A DNA stretch of 62,968 nt, filler included, from Octopus bimaculoides (Eukaryota), in NCBI RefSeq assembly GCF_001194135.2. It is 4 parts of 4 records of this genome, joined end to end, with 100 filler letters (N's around TTAATTAATTAA, not from the genome) between each part and the next. Parts side by side here need not be neighbours in the genome. Positions count along the whole stretch, not along the records: positions 24,127 to 52,882 come from NC_068983.1; positions 52,983 to 56,993 come from NC_068986.1; positions 57,094 to 62,968 come from NC_068994.1; 1 more part is not named here. One strand, written 5' to 3'. This document shows positions 51,574 to 62,968 of this stretch, one piece after another. A model generated the notes under the pieces. It had not been told where the DNA came from. It saw nothing but the letters and a program-made list of their open reading frames with translations, and did not search any database. The position numbers were made by a program, and so were the translations under genes. Numbering within the stretch: position 1 is the stretch's first letter; each line of letters begins with the position of its first letter.

Positions 51574-52537
51574 TAGATATTAAACATCAAATGGAAGAAT
51601 TACATAATCAAAAAATGATGTCCTAGAAGAGGTACCAACAGTTGAATTACAGAATTCCTTATCAAATATTTTTCAGTAAATTAAGCACTGAGAAAAGACC
51701 ACAATGATATCCGCTCTATGTAATAACTGACACTGTCGGTTATGATGACAAGGGTTCCAGCTGATCCGATCAACAGAACAGCCTGCTCATGAAATTAACA
51801 TGCAAGTGGCTGAGCACTCCAGAAACACATGTACTCTTAATGTAATGTTCAGGGAGATTCAGCATGACACAGAGTGTGACAAAACTGGCCTTTTGAAATA
51901 CAGGTATTACTCATTTTTGTTAGCTGAGTAGACTGGAGCGATGTGAAATAAAATGTCTTGTTCAAGAACACAATGCACCACTGAGAACTGAACTCATGAC
52001 CTTATGATCATGAGCTGAATATCCCAAACCACTTAGCCATGCACCTTCACCCTATGTAATAAAGACCAGCTAAAATCAACCTTCAAAATGACTAGAAATG
52101 AAACAAAGACAGGAATCTAAAATGCAGGATTATTCCAAAATTTTTTTGAAGTCAAAAGGAAAAGAAAAGTTGGAGTAAAACACAAAGACTGCAATGTGCA
52201 ATAACAGCCAGGTTTTCCTACAACAAGATCTTGCGTTCTTTATTTTCTAACTGTTACACATGAGAATTGGCCTTCTCAGTCATCAATGCTATTTAACATG
52301 AAAGAACCATTGTAAATGAGGAGGAAATTGGAAGTCTCAGACATGAGAAACAGCTGATTACATACATATAACTGTTCATGAATATATGCATTTCTATAAT
52401 GAAGCATCCAATATTTCAATGACAGAATTTGTTATTCATAAATATACCTACCTACCTACCTACCTACCTACCTGCCTGCCTGCCTGCCTGCCTGCCTAAC
52501 ACACACATGCATGTATATATACACATATATTTGTACT

Positions 52538-52571
<34 letters not shown>

Positions 52572-52589
52572 CATATATTTGTACTTATA

Positions 52590-52882
52590 GTGGAGGCGCA
52601 ATGGCCCAGTGGTTAGGGCAGTGGACTTGCGGTCATAGGATCGCAATTTCGATTCCCAGACCGGGTGTTGTGAGTGTTTATTGAGCGAAAACACCTAAAT
52701 CTCCACGAGGCTCTGGCAGGGGATGGTGGCGAACCCTGCTATACTCTTTCACCACGACTTTCTCTCACTCTTATTTCCTGTTTCTGTTGTACCTGTATTT
52801 CAAAGGGCCAGCCTTGTCACACTGTGTCACGCCGAACATCTCCGAGAACTACGTCAAGGGTACACGTGTCTGTGGAGTGCTC
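52590..52882 (+). mobile_element. Family C SINE running into a gap; partial copies at about 370-520 (+) and 51720-52030 (-)
   Basis: Near-identical to 14010-14300. Confidence 0.88.
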
Positions 52883-53069
52883 NNNNNNNNNNNNNNNNNN
52901 NNNNNNNNNNNNNNNNNNNNNNNNNNTTAATTAATTAANNNNNNNNNNNNNNNNNNNNNNNNNNNNNNNNNNNNNNNNNNNNTGAGCTCTGTTTTTAGTA
53001 GTGATCTAACTCGTCTATAGTACTCTTTCTTTATTTTTTCTTTCATTTGTGTATGTTGTATCCTATCTA

Positions 53070-53070
<1 letters not shown>

Positions 53071-53147
<77 letters not shown>

Positions 53148-53310
53148 TTTCAGGTCACTGTCTGGAATCGATCTCGAATCTTGGGGTTAATAGCACGGGC
53201 ATATGGCATATGGCGTAGTGGTTAAGAGCGCGGGCTACTAACCCCAAGATTCCGAGTTCGATTCCAGGCAGTGACCTGAATGATGATAACAATAATAATA
53301 ATAATACTTA
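53071..53310. repeat. Head-to-head pair of short tRNA-like SINEs with (AAT)n tails
   Basis: 53149-53200 is the reverse complement of 53228-53280 (about 6 differences in 53 nt). (ATT)n lies on the left and (AAT)n on the right. Confidence 0.85.
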
Positions 53311-53829
53311 CCACANNNNNNNNNNAGTGACCTGAATGATGATAACAATAATAATAATAATACTTACCACACAGCCACTCTGACGCCCAGTATTGCTTAG
53401 TTTGAGGTTAAATAAGGGATTTAGTTGGGCTGCATTCCAAAATCAGAGTTAAACACAAAGGGTCTGTAGCTACTCAGTCTAAAATGTCGTTGAACTAAGT
53501 TAAGACCAAAACTGCTTGTTGTTAGTCTATGATATCATCTGTTCTTGGAGAAGACATGCAGGGTTTGATTGATCCTTCTGGCGGTGGAGCCACAAAGTCC
53601 GGCTGGAAAATAAACAACCGAGAGATGGAATTTTAAGGTAGTGACACAAATTTCATCATTATCGAAGGTCAAAAGCTAACAGAGGTCAGCCACATTACGT
53701 GTCCGGGCAATGGAGTGACTGTTGATGGATCAGAACTCAGAACATGAAGAGTCGATGCGCTTACCATTCTGTCAGTTTTGAAACAATAATAAAAACATTT
53801 TTAAGAAGATCTTGAACTGTTTGTCAAGT

Positions 53830-54100
53830 CTTTCACTATCTCTGATAAGTTATTCATCTTAGGAGATTTTAATGCCAGATTCGATGCTGGTCATGACAAC
53901 TGGGAGCATAGAAATGGCAAACAAGTCATTAGGGTAGTTTTATTGTAGCAGACTGTTATTTCTGAACTTTAGTGCTTCATACAACCTGACTTTTACAAAT
54001 AACCATTTTTGCCTCTCTCGTGACCGATCATTCACTCTTTGGTTTGCAGACTTAAAATGGTAATTATGCGCGAAAGAAATCTGCACGCAAAGAGGTCGAA
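53830..54100 (+). mobile_element. RTE-like APE endonuclease fragment
   Basis: LFILGDFNARFDAGHDNWE ... LNFSASYNLTFTNNHF. Confidence 0.65.
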
Positions 54101-54404
54101 GGATAGAATGAGTATTTCAAAACTCAGAAACAGTGAAATAATACAATTATTTTTTTTTTCCAGACAGCCGAACGAAAATCTAAAATAATACATTAATCCG
54201 GGAAGCATTAGAATGAAAATTTTAAAGAGATGTGTATAAATCAAAACTGAATTTACTGAATAAAAAGGGAGATGATTTCTCCGACTGATTTTGATAAAAG
54301 ATTAAGAGATTAAACGCGTGTGAAGCAGCACTATGCACCAAAAACATTAATAATCTCAATTAAAAACAGGAGACTGCTATGTTCGCAGTCTAGTTTAATC
54401 CTTT

Positions 54405-54828
54405 CTACTCTAGACACAAGGCCTGAAATTTGGTTTTGAGGGGCCAGTCGATTAGATCGACCCCACTATGCAACTGGTACTTAATTTATCGACCCCGAAA
54501 ATATGAAAGACAAAGTCGACATCGGTGGTATTTGAACTCAGAACGTAAAGGCAGACGAAATACCGCTAAGCATTTCGTCCGGCGTGCTAACGTTTCTGCC
54601 AGCTCGCCGCCTTTTTTTATAAATAATATTCTTTTCTACTCGAGGCACAAGGACCGAAATTTGGAGGAGGGAGCCAGTCGATTAGATCGACCCCAGTATA
54701 CAACTGGTACTTAATTTATCGACCCCGAAAGTATAAAAGGCAAAGTCGACTTCGGCGGAACTTGAACTCAGAACGTAACGGTAGAAGAAATACCGCTGAG
54801 CTAACGATTCTGCCAGCTCGCCGCCTTA
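54405..54828 (-). mobile_element. Two tandem family A SINE copies
   Basis: Two successive gattagatcgacccc...gaactcagaacgtaa...ctgccagctcgccgcc blocks. Confidence 0.88.
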
Positions 54829-55849
54829 ATCTTCACAGTCTAATTTAATGGAGACGGCATAAAATCTGTGAGATAGAGCTTATCGAAGAAAATAATGGTG
54901 TGTTATTCTGTGTATATATGGATAGCAAACTGACTAGACACTTCAAAAGAGAGCGAATAGTCCTTGGCACTGTGGTTCATCATCGTTATTGCTATTGCTT
55001 TCGTCTTTGTCTTCTTTGCTTTTTTTTTTTAATTCTTGCTTTTATCCATCTGACATAAAATCCCTGTGATCATCTCGGAATTTTAGGAATATATAAAATT
55101 TTATAGTCAAATTTGACTTTCTCGTTTTCTTCCCCAAGCGAGTAAGATATGATTTAAGAAAGATTTCGTTTTAATTCCTACCAAATCTAGCAATCCCGTT
55201 GGAGGTCTCCAATGAGCTCGAAGCCATCATTTTGAGATTCTACAACCACAGGAAACTAAACTGCGGCATGAAAATCCAAAAATCTAAATCGTGGCGTTGA
55301 AACCGTTGAAAGTATTTTCTTTAGACCACGATGAATAAAGAAAAAATATACAGGAAAATTTCGGTAAGTTATTCACAAATATTATTTGCCACGGAATGCT
55401 AAGTGCCAATCCGAATAGATATTGGGGACTTCCATCTGGTAATGATCTTTAAACCATCATTCGATCGTGTTTACTGTTAGCATAGATCGATCAAGCAGGG
55501 AATTGTTTTGGGTCAAAAAAGATCCAGATATAGGTTGCCTGTTTAATGTTNNNNNNNNNNNNNNNNNNNNNNNNNNNNNNNNNNNNNNNNNNNNNNNNNN
55601 NNNNNNNNNNNNNNNNNNNNNNNNNNNNNNNNNNNNNNNNNNNNNNNNNNNNNNNNNNNNNNNNNNNNNNNNNNNNNNNNNNNNNNNNNNNNNNNNNNNN
55701 NNNNNNNNNNNNNNNNNNNNNNNNNNNNNNNNNNNNNNNNNNNNNNNNNNNNNNNNNNNNNNNNNNNNNNNNNNNNNNNNNNNNNNNNNNNNNNNNNNNN
55801 NNNNNNNNNNNNNNNNNNNNNNNNNNNNNNNNNNNNNNNNATATATATA

Positions 55850-56256
55850 GGCTTAGGAGTGGCTATGTGGTAAGTAGCTTGCTTACCGACCACATGGTTC
55901 CGGGTTCAGTCCCACTGCGAGTCACCTTGGGCAAGTGTCTAAGCTATAGTAGATATAGCTTCGGGCCGACCAAAGGTTTGTCAGTGAATTTGGTAGACGG
56001 AAACTGAAAGAAGCCCGTCGTATATATGTATATATATGTGTGTGTGTGTGTGTTTGTGTGTCTGTGTTTGTCCCCTCAACATTGCTTGACAACCGATGCT
56101 GGTGTGTTTATGTCACCGTAACTTAGCGGTTCGGCGAAAGAGGTCGATAGAATAAGTACTAGGCTTACAAGGAATAAGTCCTGGGTTCGATTTGCTCGAC
56201 TAAAGGTGGTGATCCAGCATTGCCGCAGTCAAATGACTGAAACAAGTAAAAGAGTA

Positions 56257-56260
<4 letters not shown>
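55850..56260 (+). mobile_element. tRNA-derived SINE, family B (CORE-like ccttgggcaagt motif, internal (TA)/(TG) microsatellite)
   Basis: ggctatgtggtaagtagcttgc...gttcagtccc...ccttgggcaagtg...gactgaaacaagtaaaag. Confidence 0.88.
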
Positions 56261-56304
<44 letters not shown>

Positions 56305-56935
56305 GTCGCGTAAATATAGACATATATTCACACAGACACACATACGCACACAAATACACATATAACATGAATGAATTTGGTAAATTTCTGAAAGACTTTT
56401 TTTTTATTACTATAGCATGCGTCTGGCCATAAAACATATTTCAGTATGAAAGTAATGTATATGAGACATGGCGTGTGATAGCATAAATAAATGACTTGAA
56501 ACGTCTGTTCTATCAATGTTCGAAATGTATTCGATGTTCAAATAATTTTGACTGGTTCCTGCAGAGTCTTCGGACAAATTAATTGACTTCGTTTCAAAGT
56601 AAATCAGGATAAATCTATTTCTATGATCGATACAGCAATTAAATTCTAAAAATTGCTAATAATTCAACAAGCGAGGGCGCAATGTGAACAAGGCCATGGC
56701 AAAGTCTATGGATGTTAAGAAACGGAGTTATTAAAAGAAAGGTTTTCCTGCAGACTAAGGAACTTGCAAACGATGTAATAATATTGCACATGGGGGGAGG
56801 AAGAGATGGAGATGAGTAGGGAGAGGAAAAGGGGCTGCGGGGTGAAGTGGGACTGAAAGTGAAGGGGGTGGAAGTAAACTGCGATAGGCGAAGAATGTGA
56901 GAGGATTGGTTGATGAGATAGAAGACGAAATGTAG

Positions 56936-56993
<58 letters not shown>

Positions 56994-57809
56994 NNNNNNN
57001 NNNNNNNNNNNNNNNNNNNNNNNNNNNNNNNNNNNNNTTAATTAATTAANNNNNNNNNNNNNNNNNNNNNNNNNNNNNNNNNNNNNNNNNNNNATATATA
57101 TATATATATATATAAGTATATATATGTATGTATGTGTACTTTTGTGTTTGTGCTTGTCCCCACCACTAAATGACCAGTGTTGGTTTGGTTACATCTTTGT
57201 AACATAGCAGTTTGGCAAAAGGGATCGATATAATATATAGCAGACTTGAAAATAAGTACTGGGTTCGATTCCTTTGATTAAACCCTTCAAGGTGGTGCCT
57301 CAGGATAGTCACAATCCAATGACCAAAACAAATTAGATATAAGTGGGAATTGCTGGCATAAGTAGAGAGGGTTCCTCAATCATGGAGCTCAGTGCTTCAA
57401 CACAACACAAACTAAACAACTTGAAAACAAACATGAGCATAGAAGATACAAAACAGCAACAAACACAAAACATCTTTTCCTGTTGGACAAAAAATACCTG
57501 GTCAACGATCAGATTTGTGGATCTTTTCATTGATGCACATAGTCACATGCAGGCCTATAAAAGTTAAATCACGTGGACAATCATCGTTCACCCTAAGGGA
57601 TGGCAGACAATATGTGTATGCATGTCTTTATTCATGTGTGTGCATGTGTGTATTTTGATGTTTAGATGTTACAGATAGGAAAGACACATTTGTGTATGGT
57701 GCATGTATGTTAACAGAAATAACTCATGTGTATTGATAGCAAAAGCAATATTTTCTGTGCATGTATATGTCTAAGATGGTATATTTTATTATCAAGAGCA
57801 AGGCTATTG

Positions 57810-57868
<59 letters not shown>

Positions 57869-58230
57869 TATATTTAACATGACATAAATCTTATCAATGC
57901 GTGTTACAAGTGATGTGTGTTAATGTTGATTAAAATATTATTGATGTTTCCTAGTAATCTGTATCGACATTTCAACATAATAATTATTGATCTACAAATG
58001 TGATGGTATATTCTGAAATATTCTATGTGTGTGTAATGCGTGTGTGTGTATGTGTGTGTGTACATACACATACACACGCATTACACACACATACATTACA
58101 CACGCATTACACAGACATATATACATATGCATACATACGTGTACAACATACTTATACATACATGTATGTGTGTATGTACATATATAGATATATAAATATG
58201 TATATACATATGAATATATATATCATGTAT

Positions 58231-58296
<66 letters not shown>

Positions 58297-58353
58297 TACA
58301 CACTCATACACACACACTCACAAGCACACACACACACACACACACATATACAT

Positions 58354-58391
<38 letters not shown>

Positions 58392-59238
58392 TGGGCGGAG
58401 ACATTTGCATTTATTATATACATATGTTATAAATATATATTCCTCTAATATGTTTGTGCCTATGCTTCTATGTTATATTATCATGTGTGTGTGTATGTAT
58501 GTATGTATGCTTTGTGTGAGTCAGCAATTTATCTCAGGATAGATATTTCTAGTGACACCATACTTTGTTAAAAACCATGCTAATTATTGATTTATACCAG
58601 CAAAGATATCATCATAGAGATATCGGTAAATACTGCTGTCAGATATTATCTTACTGGCAACACTATTCTCAGAGAGCAGTATTAGAACCTTTTCAATGTG
58701 TGATCTTATATAGAAATGCCTGAAATATTTGTAACTCCAGTTTTTTTTCTCTTTTTATATATTTTCAACTGTATTTATTTATCCTTTTTTTCTTTTTCGG
58801 GAGGCAGGCGATTTCTTATTTTGATGATAAATGTTTGAAAAAAAATTTTGTTTTCACATCTTTGTGGATGTCGAAGTTTCTGTTCTGTTTTCACGGTTTG
58901 TATCAAATAACTTCAGCATTACTTTATTTCTGGTGAGCATTCATAAAAGCTAAGTGTTATATATATATATAAAAAGGGGGAAAAAAAAAAAGGGATTGGG
59001 TTTTTGGATGCATTTAGAATTTAGATAAATCAATTTAGAAACTAACTGAATGATGATAAGAACTAATCAGGTAAAAGCCCCTTCAAATATCAAACCTATT
59101 GATGTCCCCATACACATAAATGTCACTATCTTACTTAACATAAATATATACTCTATGTGGGTGGTTTATTTGGTCCTGAAAAGTACGCACTCTCTAAGAT
59201 TCTTACACTTGTATGTGTGTGTGTATACATACATATAT

Positions 59239-59318
<80 letters not shown>

Positions 59319-59576
59319 ATATATGTATGTACATGATATATATGTATGTATGTATGTAATTAACATAAACAGCCATGTGCAATGTGTTACCATAAAGGAC
59401 ACTGTTAGTCACATTTAGCGACAATCATATATATGTATATATTCATGTATGTATGTGTGTATGTGTGTGTGTTTGTGTGTGTGTGTGTGTATGTGCGTGT
59501 GTGCATAATGTATATATACATATATTTATATATATATATATATATATATATGTACAATTTATATATATATATATAC

Positions 59577-59614
<38 letters not shown>

Positions 59615-59939
59615 NNNNNNNNNNNNNNNNNNNNNNNNNNNNNNNNNNNNNNNNNNNNNNNNNNNNNNNNNNNNNNNNNNNNNNNNNNNNNNNNNNNNAA
59701 TTTGCTTTGCGGGAGCAAGTGTTTTATCAAAAGTGTATATTGTTGTTAAATGCTCAAAATACGAGACTAGAAAAACAGCCAACGACTGATGAAAGGTCGT
59801 TCTTTATGGTGTTTGTTTTGTTTTCCATTTGTGTCTTTCGTTGTTCGAAAGAATAGTTCATGCTCCATGTACTCATGCTTCGTATTTTTGTTGTTGCTTC
59901 ATGACGTCCTGTGCCCACATATGCATATATATATATGAG

Positions 59940-60002
<63 letters not shown>

Positions 60003-60069
60003 AGATGTAAGTATGTACATATATGTATGTATATATATATGCATATATATATTATTTTTATTATGTATG

Positions 60070-60125
<56 letters not shown>

Positions 60126-60180
60126 CATGTATGTATATACTCTTAAATGATAGATAAATTGACAGATGCACACATACACA
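57810..60180. repeat. Dense compound microsatellite field, (TA)n/(TG)n/(CA)n/(GA)n/(TATG)n
   Basis: Directly visible; source of the many YIYI/CVCV pseudo-ORFs. Confidence 0.95.
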
Positions 60181-60699
60181 CACATATATAACTAAAGGAT
60201 GTTTGAGAATAAATTGTAAAGTTACATGAATACATTGAATAAACATTCACTGAACCAATTCCGGCCCCTTTAAAGAATTTTTGTCTAAGGAAGCAGAGCA
60301 GGATTAATACACTGTGTATAAGGATGCATGTTGATGATGCCTGCATGTGTGCAAGATTAAAGATGATTGAAGGGTGTTATTATCCGAATAGGAATGGGGA
60401 TTGTTGGATATGATAGCAAATCAGTCATTGATGTACAAGAGGAAGAGTGAAAGGATATAAGTGAACCTTGAGACATTGCAGAGTTGAAATATTGGGGTTT
60501 AAAGTGAATTTATTCATCACACACATTCATGGTGTGATCTAACAAAAAAGCTTCAGTGCCAAGAGCCAAGAGACTGATGGAACACACAAGCAGGAGCTCA
60601 CAGGCCAACAACTTAACTAAATTCAAATACCAGACAAGGTTAATTGCTTTGTTGATGTCAAGTACAAAAATAATTTTCTGTCTTTGAAATATTAAATGA

Positions 60700-61700
60700 A
60701 ATATTAAATTTTTTGCTTTTTTTAAATCAACTGCTGGTGAGTGACATAAACAAAAATGTCTCCAGTTGATTTGGTTATACAGAAACTGTACTGGAGGTCA
60801 TTTAGGAGAGAGATAGCCTTAAGGTATTGAAGAAAGTGGAAACTAATGACTATTTTTGTCTCAATTGAGCTTCTGAAAGTGGGAACAGTAAGTTGATAGT
60901 CAGCAGGGTCAGAGATGTTGCCCTTCTTTGGAATGGAACACACTGTAGTGTTTCCAAATACCCTTGTAGAAAGAGAGAGAAAGAGTCAGGGAGAAAGATA
61001 TTAGATAGAAGGCGGTGAGCTGGCAGAAACATTAGCACGCTGGGCGAAATGCTTAGCGGTATTTCGTCTGCCGTTACGTTCTGAGTTCAAATTCCGCCAA
61101 GGGCGACTTTGCCTTTCATCCTTTCGGGGTCGATAAATTAAGTACCAGTTATTCACTGGGGTCAATGGAATCGATTTAATCCCTTTGTCTGTCCTTGTTT
61201 GTCCCCTCTATGTTTAGCCCCTTGTGGGCAATAGAAAAATAAGAAAGATATTAGATAGACTGGTAAGAACTGGACAAGCTCCGGAGTGACTTTTTAAGGG
61301 TATTGAAAGAGTTATTCACAAAGGACCGGTAATCTTGTATGTTTGAAGTCAGGAGAGGTGCTATTTTTTCGTTGTTTACTTGTACTGTTACAAGTGAACC
61401 TCTTTGTGATTTCGGGGCAATGTGATATATTTGTGTGAGGATGGTTTCACTTATTTGCTTAGCTGTCTCTGATGTGTCAGGTGTGAAGCACATATACTGC
61501 CATACTGCCAAGTATAGTTAGTGTTAAACTGGCAATGCTCCAACCAGTTTGCTGGCTTGAAGTGTCAAAGTGTTCAGGTGTGGAGTGTTGCATAGGATAT
61601 GGATGTGTGGTGAGTTGCTGTGTTGTGTGGACAATCTGATACGTGCAGAGACAGTGATGGCTTCATAGAAGTTGGTTTTATCATCAAAATGTCATTAATC
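60700..61700 (-). mobile_element. CR1/L2/Jockey-group LINE RT fragment interrupted by a SINE
   Basis: SIPKKGNISDPADYQ....LLNDLQYSF...KSTGD...YVTH, matching the recalled PIPKKG..NYRPI...QYGFR...STGD motif. Confidence 0.7.
61010..61241 (+). mobile_element. tRNA-derived SINE, family A, with an 18-bp TSD
   Basis: A box TGGCAGAAACATTAG and B box GTTCAAATTCC. TSD agaaagatattagataga at 60992-61009 and 61242-61259. Confidence 0.92.
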
Positions 61701-62028
61701 TTTCATTTCCATATCTATCTGGATATTTTCCTTTCTTTATTGTATTTTTGTTGTTATATCCATCTATCAGTTTCAATAATTTAAAGACCTCTCTTGGTTT
61801 TTCTATGAATCAAATATCATAAGTAGCTAGCTGGAAGTTTTAGATTTCTTCAGCCCTCATCTCCAAAAATCTTCATAGATATCATAGATGTGTAGGGTAA
61901 CAACAAACTAATAATATTTTAAAGAAAGAAAAAAACAAACAAGTATTAATTTAAGATTAACCCAGCTGTATATGTATATATATGTATGTGTGTGTGTGTG
62001 TATGTATGTGCATGTGTGCACGTGTGTG

Positions 62029-62063
<35 letters not shown>

Positions 62064-62916
62064 NNNNNNNNNNNNNNNNNNNNNNNNNNNNNNNNNNNNN
62101 NNNNNNNNNNNNNNNNNNNNNNNNNNNNNNNNNNNNNNNNNNNNNNNNNNNNNNNNNNNNNNNNNNNNNNNNNNNNNNNNNNNNNNNNNNNNNNNNNNNN
62201 NNNNNNNNNNNNNNNNNNNNNNNNNNNNNNNNNNNNNNNNNNNNNNNNNNNNNNNNNNNNNNNNNNNNNNNNNNNNNNNNNNNNNNNNNNNNNNNNNNNN
62301 NNNNNNNNNNNNNNNNNNNNNNNNNNNNNNNNNNNNNNNNNNNNNNNNNNNNNNNNNNNNNNNNNNNNNNNNNNNNNNNNNNNNNNNNNNNNNNNNNNNN
62401 NNNNNNNNNNNNNNNNNNNNNNNNNNNNNNNNNNNNNNNNNNNNNNNCCCTCCATGCTAGCATTGCTTAGACATAAATAGATTCAAGGCAGGATTTTTAC
62501 ATCTGGAAGCACTTCCTGTTGCCAACATTTACTTGCTTTGCAAGTAAGAATTCTTTTTTCCAGAAGAATCTAAAAGCACAGAGCAAGCAGACAATTTGTT
62601 GACAGGAAATTTCAGCAAGAATGGATTTTGAAATTAGTGTGGTGGAACTGATAGTATAAAAATAAGGTAAACAGACAGTGAGCACAAAAATGTTCAATAC
62701 CAGAATAAATTGATTTGTTATGACAAAGATTAGCTATCACAAAGCCTGATGTATCAGGAGTATTTAGTTTCATTTCCTTGTGTTGGTTTCTTGTTCTTCA
62801 TCCCCAAATTGGGGTTTACAAAAGAATAGCGTTATTCATAACATTCATATATGTGAAAATATACCCACCTCTGTATCTATCTACCTTCTCTGTCTCCCTA
62901 TAATATATGTGTGTGT

Positions 62917-62968
<52 letters not shown>

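Noticed and set aside
51158-51861. Apparently perfect tandem duplication of about 345 bp around a 16-N gap
   Set aside because: Identical copies abutting a tiny gap indicate an unmerged contig overlap. The same applies to 53270-53315 versus 53326-53371.
53205-53280. Functional tRNA-Ser(ACT) gene
   Set aside because: The T-stem does not pair (CCGAG/CCAGG), there is no long variable arm or acceptor stem, and it has an (AAT)n tail. It is a SINE head.
57343-57567. 74-aa ORF as a downstream MAGUK exon; likewise 5434-5661, 29669-29956 and 258-581
   Set aside because: No recognisable domain motifs or compatible splice phases. 258-581 is partly a family C SINE fragment.

Overview
AT-rich, gapped animal genomic scaffold. 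The SINE, LINE and microsatellite repertoire looks like a coleoid cephalopod, probably Octopus (inference). Two host genes are supported. (1) Three small + strand coding exons (1083-1113, 10536-10657, 22653-22805) splice in frame to MPAASVETGFSAFKQVVNNLDGLEESAGADERDIEFLKNFLLDEKIQNLVLAHDKLEETPLEAENNKSLDLQVEALKILSEHSSTNESAAELWDILKDNHVQ. This is the tandem-L27 N-terminus of an MPP2/MPP6 (varicose-like) p55 MAGUK. I found no PDZ, SH3 or GK exons in readable sequence. (2) An intronless EAPP ORF (35085-36095, - strand) therefore appears to be nested antisense in a MAGUK intron. The rest is mostly decayed mobile DNA: a Naiad/Chlamys-type Penelope-like element with a recognisable hammerhead ribozyme, a TSD-bounded Tx1/L1 LINE inside a mariner, a full-length Tigger/pogo relic, DD37D and other Tc1/mariner relics, a Helitron 3' end, R4/Dong, RTE and CR1-like LINE fragments, MITEs and several tRNA-derived SINE families. 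The best leads are the nested EAPP gene with a lineage-specific insert carrying an RVxF motif, the hammerhead ribozyme, a CpG-retaining island near 55 kb with an in-frame 39-nt exon candidate, and a SINE tail shared with the Tx1 LINE. I saw no clearly new multi-gene system. All identifications come from reading the sequence and recalled motifs; no searches were run.
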